A stretch of 61,986 bases of DNA, filler included. It is 10 parts of 10 records of this genome, joined end to end, with 100 filler letters (N's around TTAATTAATTAA, not from the genome) between each part and the next. Parts side by side here need not be neighbours in the genome. Positions count along the whole stretch, not along the records: positions 31,095 to 37,344 come from SRR7504441_5257; positions 37,445 to 43,939 come from SRR7504441_5259; 8 more parts are not named here. The stretch is one strand, 5' to 3'. This document shows positions 32,753-44,039 of this stretch, piece by piece. A model generated the notes under the pieces. That model worked only from the letters and a program-made list of their open reading frames with translations. It was not told the origin of the DNA and ran no database searches. The translations under genes and the position numbers were made by a program. Position 1 is the first letter of the stretch; the number at the start of each line of letters is the position of its first letter.

Positions 32753-35700
32753 TTACTCGTAGTTGCCAGTGTTTGCGGCTAAAAATGGTGCAACCACAAG
32801 GGACATAGTCGCCAACAACTTGATGAGCACATGCAAGGATGGCCCTGCGGTATCTTTGAATGGATCTCCAACTGTATCACCTGTAACTGTTGCCTTGTGG
32901 CATTCACTCCCCTTTCCACCATATGCTCCAGTCTCGACGTATTTTTTTGCGTTGTCCCACGCCGCACCCCCATTGTTAAAGAACATGCCCATCATGATCC
33001 CTGTGGAAGTTGCAAACATGATGAAGGAGGTGAGACACTGCGGCCCGAGCAGGGGCTGGTCTGTCATGTGACCAAGGTATTTGAAAAACCATCCAGTAGC
33101 AAGAGGAAAGAAAACAGCCAGAGCGCCAGGAGTGATCATCTCCTTTAATGCACGTGCTGATACAATCGCTACACCTGAACCACACCACAAGCTCAGCGAA
33201 GATCACAGCGAAAAGGCATTACATTGATGATAGTCGGGCAACTGAGTGCCACTCATAATCTCGGGACGATCCTTGAACTGCCGCCGAACTTCTCGCACCA
33301 CCTCCGCTGCAGCATTGCCAACAGCCGTGATGGCAAAGGCTGAAAAGACAAACACAAGCATGGAACCCAGCATCCCTGCCACATAGATTTCTGGGGTGGA
33401 TATATCGATCACTGTCAAGGGTGTCCCGGAAAACTGCGATACTTCATCCATGAAAGCTGAGAATAAGAGGAAGCATGCCAGTGCAGCTGAGCCCACAGCA
33501 TAGCCCTTAGTAAGAGCCTTGGTAACATTCCCCACTGCGTCCAATTGGTCAGTGATATCTCTCACACCCTCTGGCTGATTTGACATCTCGACAATTCCTC
33601 CAGCATTGTCTGCAATCGGACCAAACACATCCATGGCCAGAATGAAAACTGCTGTGGAGAGCATTCCTAGGGTCCCAACGGCTGTGCCAAAAATACCACC
33701 GTGCACTGTGCCAGCTGCGTTGGTGATTCCAGAAGTCTTTCCGAGGTAAAAGGTGGTAAGAATTGCGGCTGTGACTGTCAAGACTGAGAAACCAATGGAC
33801 ATAAGACCCACACCAACCCCTGCGATGACGTTGGTGCCATGCCCTGTTTTTGAGGCTTCAACAATTGACCTCACTGGGCCGTAGTTGTAATCAGTGTAGT
33901 ACTGGGTAATGAGAACAAACATGTAAGCTGTTGCAATTCCAGTGACTCCGCAGAGGGCAAAATGCCACCATGCATCCGGAGCCTGCTCAACATGCAGCAT
34001 GCATCGGCTGGCCATCGTGAAGAATACCAGCGCGAGGATAATTGATACTGCATATCCACGCTTGAGGATGAGGAGGGGGTCTTCATTTTTACCCCTGCCA
34101 GCAGCCGCTCAGAGTGCAACAAATTTGAGTGAGAGAATTATCAATGCTCACAGTGCAGTGTATGGAGCTCCAAAAAAGTCATGAAGGCCACCACGGGTGT
34201 TGATAGTGATAACCCCCAATCCCGACAGAACCAGGTCGAAGGCGTGAATTACCTGTTTCAGCCAGACTCAGCATTGAGCACGCAGGCGATTGTTTGAGCA
34301 CTGACCAGGGGGAACATCACAAAGCCTGCAGGCTCCTTGATGCCTGCAGAAGTTGCGAACTGACCACCAAGAATCATTGCAGAAATTATCTCAGCTGAGA
34401 TGCTCTCAAAGAGATCTGCACCACGTCCCTGCCACACATAGCGATCAAGTCTAGCATACTACTTGAAGAAGGTAAGTAAATAGATGGCATGAAACACTGG
34501 TGGTAAGGAAATCCATCAGCACTGACGAGCTGCGGTCTCCAGCTACCAGTGAGCAAGACCACAATTAGCGAGCTGATGCCAGACAAGCTAATCACAGCCT
34601 CTTGATCTAAGCACCCTCGTAGAGTCCGGGAACCACTGAAAAGGCTACAGACAGGATAGAGTGCTGGGATTTTGCTTTCAGGGGAGTTAATGAGTACTCA
34701 CCGCACAGTCGCCAACGTTGTCGCCGACCAGATCAGCAATTACAGCAGGGTTGCGCGGATCGTCCTCGGGGATGTCTTGCTCGAGTTTCCCGACCTGAAA
34801 TCATCACTCATGCAGGCTTAAGAGGCTGATGGAACCATGTCAGCGCCCACATCTGCAGCCTTGGTGTATATTCCACCGCCGAGCTGAGCAAAGAGAGCCA
34901 CAAACGAGGCACCAAAGCAGTAGCCGACCAGGAGCAGAGGTACTTGAGCCAGAGATATGCCCTTCGAGTGAGCTGATCCTGCGGGAGAGTAAGCAGAGCA
35001 CAACAGCAGACAGTTTCACCGCCAAAAAGCGTGTACGCAATTAGGAACAACGCTGCGATCCCTATCAGCGTGAGAGCTACTACAATCACTCCGCAGAAGG
35101 CTCCACTCCGAAGGCAAACTTGGATTGTCTCGTGGTAGGACCTGCGGGCGACCGACGCAACACGAACATTTGCTCTCACAGAAGACCACATGCCCACGTA
35201 GCCTGAAATTCCGGAGCATAGGCAGCCGCTCAGGAAGCTGAAGCTTGTGAAGAAAGCAACGCTTGTGGTCGACAGGCCAGTGCTATCCGGTTTGCGGTTT
35301 GTGTACAGGAAGAAAAGGAACACGGCCATAACAACAGCCAGTCGGAAGATCATCGTGTATTGGGTTTTCAGAAACCCTTCTGAGCCCTCACGGATTGGCT
35401 CTGACACCTGGCACACACAGATTTGGTACAGCTCTGGAGAGCACCAACAGACCTGCTTCATGGCTGGTGAACCACTGTCTTTTGCTAGTACCCATTTGAT
35501 CAGCCATGACGCAAACACGAGTGAGCCGCCAGCATATCCGATCACGAGTAACATGTTCAGCATCCACGAACCCTGCACAGACCCAGCAGTGAGCCGCTGC
35601 CCCTTCGGCAAACAAACAGCCTTAGATCAGCAAGTGGCGCGGACCTGGCTGATAATCAGGAAGGAGACGACCACCGCTGCCGCGAGCACCCCGGCGAAAG

Positions 35701-36031
35701 TGCTGAACGGTATAGTGTCGCCAGGCATCTGCACAACGCAGAGTCAGCCACAGCCGTGGTGCGCTGGGGCGCGATTGCACGGCGAGGGGCGGGTGACCTT
35801 TCTATTGGGAGCCAGCGGTTGATCGTCGACAAGGTGCCCGTCCATCATATCAGCAAGACCACCGGCCGAGTATCCCGCTGGGCCGTTGAAGCCTGCACTG
35901 GGCGGCGGGTACGACACACTCGGCGGGAGCAGCGAGCCGGCTGCAGGTGGCTGGCCATACGGAGCCGCTGGTGGTGGCGGCGGGAAACTGGGAGCCTCGC
36001 CGCGGTCATTGAACGGAATGCGCCCCTGCAT
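32753..36031 (-). CDS. membrane H+-translocating pyrophosphatase, K+-independent type II; multi-intron
   Basis: [71 protein letters not shown] (Lys marks the K+-independent type), [14 protein letters not shown]. Confidence 0.95.
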
Positions 36032-36437
36032 GCTGGTGGCCCTGGAACAGCTTGCACCTCTCGGCGGCTGTCCGCTCCGCTCCACACCACTCGTGCCTCG
36101 AGCGATCAAGGCTAGATGTTGCCGTTGCAGACGTCGACTCACATTAAATTCGGAGCCAAGGACAGTCTGTTTATACCTTTGCTTCACTTGTAACGCGCAT
36201 GAGTTTAGAAGCATGCCATCAAATCGGGCGAATCTCGAGAGAGATCCAGGCCTCGGACTTGGAATTGTTTTCGGAACACGCACTCGTACGTGATAAAATG
36301 ATCGCATGGATGACGTGGAATTTAGAATGCGATACCGATTCGATGTAATCATGACTTGACACACCGCGAAGCAGGCCCTCTGTAAGTGACTGTACCGTCA
36401 CTGGTGCCTTGGCCATCCCACGGGAGAAGGTCCAGTG

Positions 36438-37106
36438 TCATCCCAGGCTCACAGTGTCACGGCCCTCTGTGCATTTGATCCGAGACCTGCCCACACACTG
36501 CTCAGCGCTGAGTCTGACTGACGGCCACTCACCGTTGTTGAGAGCCGCGACCACCTTCTCCGATTTGGGAAAGTCAAAAGCTGTCGCGCCGTCTTTGGCA
36601 GGGAGTTCAACGTTGGCGGAGGCATCCACCAGCTCTGCGACCACCGCGATGTTGCCTCGCTGCGATGCGATGTATGACGGAGACCGCCCCCACTTATCTT
36701 CCGCATTCGGATTAGCGCCCCCCGCCAGCACCAGCTGCACGCACGCCACGTGGTTGTAGGCGGCGGCGAAGTGCAACCCAGTCCAGTTTTCCACCGCGTC
36801 GGGCGTATCGAGCGCAATGCCCCCCTGCACCATCGCACGAACAGCGTTTGCAGTGCCGTCCGCGCAGGCCCCGTGCAGTGCGGTGCGCCCCATCGCGTCC
36901 AAGAGATCGGCGTTGGCCCCCTCCCTAAGCAGCCATTCCACCACCTCGGAGCTGTTCCCTTCGCAAGCCACGTGCAGAGTGGATTTGCCATCCGGGTCAT
37001 CCTGCGGCACAAACGTGACTGCCCCGCCCGCGTTCCGTGCATCGATGCAGGTGTGCATGTCGCCTCTCGAGGCCGCTGTGCGCAGCCGCCGGCTCTGAAC
37101 TTCCAT
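36438..37106 (-). CDS. ankyrin-repeat protein
   Basis: GKSTLHVAC, GRTALHGAC, WTGLHFAA and GRSPSYIA repeats; the 3' end may be spliced. Confidence 0.85.
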   Translation of the reverse strand: MEVQSRRLRTAASRGDMHTCIDARNAGGAVTFVPQDDPDGKSTLHVACEGNSSEVVEWLLREGANADLLDAMGRTALHGACADGTANAVRAMVQGGIALDTPDAVENWTGLHFAAAYNHVACVQLVLAGGANPNAEDKWGRSPSYIASQRGNIAVVAELVDASANVELPAKDGATAFDFPKSEKVVAALNNGEWPSVRLSAEQCVGRSRIKCTEGRDTVSLG

Positions 37107-37239
37107 CGCAACCTGGCTGCAAGGTTTGTTGTGCGAATCGATGTAACGGCCTTCTCTGCACGCGGCACAGCGGCACAGAACCCGCCCGGTGCAACTGCGA
37201 GCCCGCTACGAGCCCGCGATCACGATGTATACATCAGGG

Positions 37240-37301
37240 CACATCACGATCGATCATGACAAGTCAGGACCACATCATGATCGATCATGACAAGTCAGGA
37301 C
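37240..37301. repeat. 31-bp tandem duplication
   Basis: CACATCAYGATCGATCATGACAAGTCAGGAC twice, one mismatch, near a contig end. Confidence 0.85.
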
Positions 37302-37696
37302 CTCTTTGGACACGAAGTGATTGGCACTGTACATAACAAAGCTGNNNNNNNNNNNNNNNNNNNNNNNNNNNNNNNNNNNNNNNNNNNNTTAATTAATTAA
37401 NNNNNNNNNNNNNNNNNNNNNNNNNNNNNNNNNNNNNNNNNNNNCAGTTGACGATCTCGAGAAAATACATAATTATGATTTTTTAAGTTCAAAGTTCGAA
37501 TTCAAGAGTCGTCTGTAGATGGTCTATAGAGTCGTCCGTTTACAATCACGACAATCATAGTGCCAACTTTTGCATACTTCCAGTGACGCCTGGCCGCGCA
37601 ATGCGATCTAGGCTTAAAAAAGCAGCAATTCTCATTCAACCGGTAGCCATTGACACAAACGACACAATTCTGGGCGTGTAGTGCTGTGCTAGTTTG

Positions 37697-40345
37697 CTAC
37701 TCGTCCATCTCAAAGCCTGTGGCCTCGAGCTCGATCACCATCGAGAGCACGTGCACCATCTCCTCCTTTGTCGGATAATCTGCCCACCCGCTCAGCCAGA
37801 GCACCTGCGCCGCGTCACCAGGCAAGTCCAGGGTATTGAAGCAGGTGTGAGCCCTAGGCAGCGGCGAGGTCGGCTTGCCAGGTTGGTTTGTAGTGGCCAC
37901 TAACGTCACTTGGAACAGTCGGCTCACCTGCGCCATCCCGTGAGCGGCCTACTTAGACCCATCTTTACCCCGCGGCCAGACTGGAGGCCGGCGAAGCCTT
38001 CGACGGGCAGGTTGGTGGTGCCGGTGGTGAACTGGAGCAGCTTGCACCTTTGCTCGTCGCTGAACTCTCGAACAACCTCCCAGAACCATTTCACCACCTG
38101 GTTGTCGGCCCTGGTGCTCCGGTAGACTGTGTGCGACTCCCAGTCATCCACGTCGATCTTGGAGACGCCGCACGCCAGCAGCTCGAGCTCGCGATACGAG
38201 AAGACCGAGAGGAGCTCGGATGGGATCACAGAGAAAAGTCCGGACGCGAACGCGACCCGCTGGTGCTCGACTCGTGTACAGAGCAAGTACGAGAGCTTGG
38301 ACCGAATGTACTCGAGCTTGTTGTCGTTGGTTACGTCGATGTTCCGGCCGTTTGGGCAGAGATCGTGCACCACCATGTCACCGAACGCGTCCTCTGTTTC
38401 GACAGAGAAAGTCTCATACAAGATGTCGGTGATGTCGTTCTGGAGTGTCCAGACCATGCTGTCGTGCTGCCCGAGGTCGACTGACTGAAGGTCGGACATG
38501 GTGGGCTCCATCCGGAGCAGGAACTTGTACATCGGGATGATGAAGTGGGTGTGGATGTACATCCCGTCCAGGATCATCTTGCCAAACACTTGTCCGGCCA
38601 GCTTAAACAGGTTCAAGTGGTTTGGGTGGATCGTGCCCGAATTAGGGTTGACCATGTACGTGAAGTTGCTCCCCTCGGACCGCTGGAACAGCCCGAAGTC
38701 TGGATTGAACAGCTGCTCCTGCGCAAGCAGGTAAACCTCTCTGCTCACGCCGCCGACGTCAAGAGTAAAGTCGGTCTCATCTTTGATTGCATATAAAAAC
38801 TGTCGGTTGAACGACCCAGGCGGCAGCTTGCTGAACGCCGAGACCAGGTCGTCCAGCAGGAACTGCCGTCGGACCCAAATCTTTACGGGCCCGCCCTCCG
38901 CGTGCATTGAGAGTTGCCTTTGCTCGAGCTCGTGCCGAAGCCACTTGCGCCGGAGTTCCAGGCTGGCGTTTGCGACGTCCTGCAAGTCCTTGAAGCCCTT
39001 GAGCTGGAGCGCCAGTTGGGCGTCGTCGCTCCGGATCCGCCAGACTTGGCCGCCGTCGTCTGTCCTCTGCACCCACCAGACCATCCGATGGACAGGACAG
39101 TCGCGTGGCCTCTCAAACGCATCCGGGTCGTCCGGCCGGCGCTGCTCGGGCCGGATGTACCTGTCGGACATCCAACGGACAGTCCCGAGCGGGTCGAGAA
39201 CTCTCAGGTTGAGAAACTGCATCGACTCAGGGTCGGCGATCGCGAGGACTTCAGTGCCAGATTCCTCACGGATCGGCATCCAGCCGCCTGCGGAAGACGA
39301 GTGCGCCATCTGCTGGCCCGAGAGCGAGTCGACCACCACCGCGTCGATCACCAGCACCTCTCCCTTCCGGCAGGTGTTCTTCCGGCCCTGCGGCATCCTG
39401 TCCCGCCAGTCAGCTCGGAATCGCACCAAAGGCTCGCACCGCTCCTCGAAGTCCGAAGAGCACCGGAGGGTCACGCCGCTCTGCCAGACGACCTCGTACA
39501 GCGTCGGGTCCATCCCAGGGTCCCGGGCCTGCAGGATCTACCCCCCCCCCCTGAGCTGGCGCGAGCTGGCAGCGCACCGCACTGCCTTCGATAGAAATCG
39601 GGAGCCAGCCGCCGGCGCAATGGATCATCTCGACGTGGTATCCGTTCTCTCGGAAGTGCGTGACCACGTGCTTGGCCCACACCATCGAGCCCACCCGGGG
39701 GCCGACACCGTGCTTGATCACGTTCTCTAGTGTGGGCGCTGACCGGTAGTCGACGTGTTGCATCACCTCGAACAGCTTGGTCTCGTAGGCCTGGGAGCGC
39801 GGAATAACCATCTCGGCGTCGCGCACCATCGCGCTCTCCCGCAAGTCTGGGTCGAGCCGGGACGGGTCGGCGACCGGAGGCGCGAGGCTCGAGGCGCGCA
39901 GCCTATTGATGTGCTGGGTGTTGCGGTCGCGGGCGCTGAGGTGGCGGTTGGTCCACACACGGAGCTGCGACGGGGCTTGGTTGGGCACCGCGCTGGCCGC
40001 GTCCGGGATCGTGATCTGGTTCGGCTGTGTGTTGGCCCGTCGAGGATTCGCCCGGCGGGTGCGCGGCTGGCCCTGGGCAGACTGGGTGCGGGCGGGGGCC
40101 GCCGCGGAGGCGGGGAGGGTCCAGTGGGTGGTCCTGGTGTTAAAGTCGATGTAGTAGTACCGCCGCTGCCGTGAGTCCCACATGCGCTGCCAGTTGGGCG
40201 GCAGCGGCTGGTTATCGTTTTGGACAGCATGCTGCGCGTTGATGTCGTTGTTGAGCGCCCGGTCCACCCGCTGCCGATTGAAGTTCTGCACGCTACTCGA
40301 CGGCGGCGCATGGTTCTGCGCCTCCGGCTCGGTGCAGTTACCCAT
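37697..40345 (-). CDS. HECT E3 ubiquitin ligase with WW domain (NEDD4-like), 3 introns
   Basis: WW LPPNWQRMWD..YYYIDFNTRTTHWTLP; HECT DVGGVSRE, WFWEVV, LLQFTTGT, LPRAHTCFNTLDLP. Confidence 0.92.
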
Positions 40346-40445
40346 ACCGAAGGTGCGCCCGCCGCGGTCGCGCTGTGCCTTGTCCTCCGCTCCTGCTTGC
40401 TCAAGTGCGGCCGTTGCGTTCCCAACGGCAAGTCAGTGAATCCAC
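40346..40445. promoter_or_regulatory. 100-bp bidirectional promoter with an inverted pair of YAACGG (Myb-type) sites
   Basis: Between divergent ATGs 40345 and 40446; CCGTTG at 40411-40416 and CAACGG at 40423-40428; the same hexamer recurs near many other gene starts. Confidence 0.6.
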
Positions 40446-41156
40446 ATGCCGCGGCTGCTGTTCGGCTGGACAGCCGCGCGACGCTTGCTCAGCTCCAAGT
40501 CGGGGATGGCCGTCCCTGAGCTCGGGACTACCTCCAAGGACGCAGCCGGGGCCCGGCAGCTCTATGACAAGTGGGCCGACGGCTACGACCAGGCGCTCAA
40601 GTCGTGGGCGTACCCGGTCCCGGACCGCGTAGCCGAGGAGCTCGCAGGGCTGGGGGTGCCCAAGCAGGGCAAGCTGCTCGACCTCGGGTGCGGCACTGGG
40701 CTGAGTGGAGAGGCCCTGCGGCGAGCCGGGTTTGACGGGCAGCTGGTTGGTGTGGACATCTCGCCGGTCAGCCTGGAGGTGCTGATGAAGGACAAGCCCG
40801 GCCTGTACGACGCCTCGGCAGTGGGCAACCTGGACCAGCCGATCCCGCTGGAATCTGGCCAATTTGACGCGGTGGTGGCGGTTGGGGTGCTGTCGTACGT
40901 TCAAGACTTTGGTTCGCTGTTCGGCGAGGCGGCGCGGCTGTGCAGGCCTGGCTCTGGGGTCTTTTTGTTTTCTCATCGTGACGGCCTTTGGGATGGGGAC
41001 GAGCGCGGCTGTAAGACGGCGGCTGCTGGGCTGGAGCAAGACGGGCGCTGGAGGCAGCTGATCGAGGGCGAGCCTGAAGCCTACATGCCGGACAACCCGG
41101 ACCCCAAGGAGAGCTGCAAGCGCGTTCGGCTGATAGCGTACCGGCGGGGTGCATGA
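40446..41156 (+). CDS. class I SAM-dependent methyltransferase (METTL27/WBSCR27-like)
   Basis: YDKWADGYD, LLDLGCGTGL, GVDIS, FDAVVAVGV; possible N-terminal transit peptide. Confidence 0.85.
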   Translation: MPRLLFGWTAARRLLSSKSGMAVPELGTTSKDAAGARQLYDKWADGYDQALKSWAYPVPDRVAEELAGLGVPKQGKLLDLGCGTGLSGEALRRAGFDGQLVGVDISPVSLEVLMKDKPGLYDASAVGNLDQPIPLESGQFDAVVAVGVLSYVQDFGSLFGEAARLCRPGSGVFLFSHRDGLWDGDERGCKTAAAGLEQDGRWRQLIEGEPEAYMPDNPDPKESCKRVRLIAYRRGA

Positions 41157-41602
41157 GTGAGCGGCCCGTTCGCTTGGTTGGAAGTGTTGACCGTGTTTGG
41201 GCGGCGGCTTACAGACCCACACTGCCCCCAGATTGAGGAGCTAGGCCTGGACTGCCCGACAGATCTGGAGGGCCAGATGAGCTGTTATGTAGCTGTTATG
41301 ATTCTGGAAGCACGACAACGTTCAAACTCGGTTTCATTAGTCCCAAGCCCCTTAGTGTGCAGCTGTCTCTTGCGATCGACAACGGAACAAAGGCCATTTC
41401 GAGTTCGCTCAACTGTGATCGACAAACACGACAACACGACAAACAGTGCTCACTTGATATTGACTCCACGAGTACTCTAGTTATACTCTAGTTGGTCTAG
41501 TATATACTCCAGGGTACTCTGGTTGGTCATTTACTCGTCAATTATTTTATTTTAAAACTCTCAGTTTTTGCGCAGCACGTCAGATAAGTACGTACAAATA
41601 AT

Positions 41603-43937
41603 TCATTTGGACCGCGAGCAGTAAGCAATCACACCACAAACGACCACACCGACCACGAAGAACGAGATCTCAAGAATCCCGAGGATCCGCTGTTGGGTAT
41701 CCCGCTGCCTCGGATTGTCGTTCACACCGGACTCCGCGTCGAATTGAAGAGGGACGTACTTGACCTTCCGATAGCCCTCAAAGTTACTCAAATGCTCATT
41801 CTCCACCCGAATGAACCCCCACATCGTCCTGCGCACAATCTCTAGAATCCCGAGGAACGGAGTGAACACTTTGCCGAACGGGGTCTTGTTGTCCCTTGGG
41901 ATCAAACTGAGTACCCACAGATATCGCAGGAACAAGTCGAGTACCACTGCCATGTAATACCCAGACCGGCTCTTGAACATCATCTTGGAGCGGAGCCCGG
42001 CGTGCTTCCAGTCGGCTAGCCCCCAGTCCTGCACCACGTCCCAGCTGTACGTGTACAGCGTGCTCAGAATGCAAAACACTATGAACACCACGTGAGACAC
42101 CGACATCACGTGCACGTCATACAGATCGGGACTGAATGTGCCAAACCAGACAACACTCGTGGCAAACGCGTATTTGAACGCGTTGGCCAGGTTTGGCATC
42201 CGAGCGCCGGTGTCTCTGTACTTGCGCAGGCACTGCATCATTTGGATCACAAGCGGGAAGGCGGATATGAGAGGCAGCATGATTGTGACTAGTGTCGAGC
42301 CATCTTGGAGCCCCTGAGGCCCGTCCGGATCACAGTTCCATAGCCACTCGTCACACTTGCCGAACGCCCTGCCCGAGAACACAAAGACCAGTGTGTGGAG
42401 CAGGTCCTGCATAGGCTTGACCAGGCTGGTCAGCCAGTCGCCTATGAACGTGTGGAAGAATGTGACCTGAGCGAACGGTGCCCGGACGACTCGGCACAGT
42501 GACTTACACAGGCACCGTTGGAGCATGAGCTCTCGACTGAGCACCAGCACAAAGTATGCCAGCAGTGCGAGCACGTAGTAGTTGATATCTATCGTGGCAG
42601 GAAACTCTTGGATCCTCACCTTATTATAAAGCAAGAACACCGCAAAGTACGCAAAAGACAAATGAGACGCTAGCTGGAACACCTGGCCGCCGTCTGTGCG
42701 GCCAGCCCCGCCGGGCGCCTGGGTGTGGTTCTGGGTTGAGTGAGGCGCCAACTCGAACAAGTAGAGAGCGTTGACTCTCGCGGAGCTCCATACCCACAGG
42801 CTGATACCCCAGCACCACACGACCGAGCACACACATCCAAGCAATCTGAACACCTGTCCAGGGCTCGAGCGCGCCCGCGGCAGGCTGCACCGGGAACCCG
42901 ACAGTGTCCACTAGATCCTTGTTCTCCGGCTTGACCGGCTTGGTGTTGACTATTTTCGGATCTATCAGAATATCCCACGCCAGCCAAAACCTGCCCCCGG
43001 TGAGCTCTCGCCAGCCCCCGAGCCACCCGAGAGTGAGCGTGATCCCAATCCGGCTGCCCATCATGAAAAGCCCCCAATTCACGCGGCTCCCATGCTTGAC
43101 TAACAGTTCACCCCTCGCGACTCTCCGATCGCCTCCCGTAAACAGATCCGCAAACTGTACCTCGGCTGTGGTGATCATCTCATCGAGCCGCCCGCCGTCC
43201 GCGAACCCCTTGGCCTCCAGCGCTGTCTGCAGCGCGGCCTCCAGCGCGTCCAGCCCCTGGTCATGCCCCGGCTTCTGCGCCTTCACAAACTTTTTCAAGC
43301 TCTTCACGAACCTGCGCCCACCGGTCGCCCACCGCCGCCGGCCGCCGCACCCCGTGTAATTGAGCGCCGAGAAATTCTTGAGCAGATTCAGCTCCCGGAA
43401 CAGCTCGGTCAGCTCCCCGCGCACAGACTCCCAAGACACCGGCCCCAGTCCGCTGATCGGCTCCTCGCCGTCGTCCAGCCTGCCCGGCCGCTCACCTGGC
43501 CCGGCGGCCGGCGCACGAGGAGTGGTCCGTGTGGAAGGAGCGGTGCGGCTGTAGCTCGGTCCGGGCCGGGACTAGCGGCGCGTCCGGTCCGGAATCTTCA
43601 GGCTGGAGCTCGGGTGGCCTGGTTGAGTCGGTCGCCCTCACCTGCGCCGCGTCCTCCTGGATCGCCTGCAGCCACTGCCCAAACTGCCCGGCCCGCTCAG
43701 CCGGCCCAGCAGCGGCCGGGCGCCTCGGCCAGCTGGCTTGAGAAGAACCGTTCCACCTGTGTGCGGTCAGCCGGCCAGCAGCGGCGCGGGTGCCTTGTCC
43801 AGCTCGGCACGGAACTTGGATTCGAACCCGCTCGACTCGTGGCCCAGGTAGGCGGCCTGCTTGAGCTGCCCGTAGTCCAGGTAGAACTGCTGCCACTGCG
43901 GCCGCATCGAGCCGGCCAGCCGCTGCCCGAACTTCAT
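41603..43937 (-). CDS. XPR1: SPX-EXS phosphate exporter (XPR1/SYG1/PHO1 family), at least 6 introns
   Basis: MKFG..YLDYGQLK, ELDK|VERFF, LNYTGFVKSLKKF (SPX); IGDWLTSL, NAFKY, YSWDVVQDWGL, EIVRRTMWGFIRVENEH (EXS). Confidence 0.93.
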
Positions 43938-44039
43938 CGNNNNNNNNNNNNNNNNNNNNNNNNNNNNNNNNNNNNNNNNNNNNTTAATTAATTAANNNNN
44001 NNNNNNNNNNNNNNNNNNNNNNNNNNNNNNNNNNNNNNN

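Noticed and set aside
34520-34550. CTGACGAG followed by a GCTG/CAGC stem, hammerhead-like
   Set aside because: The required GAAA does not follow stem II, and it lies on the non-transcribed strand.
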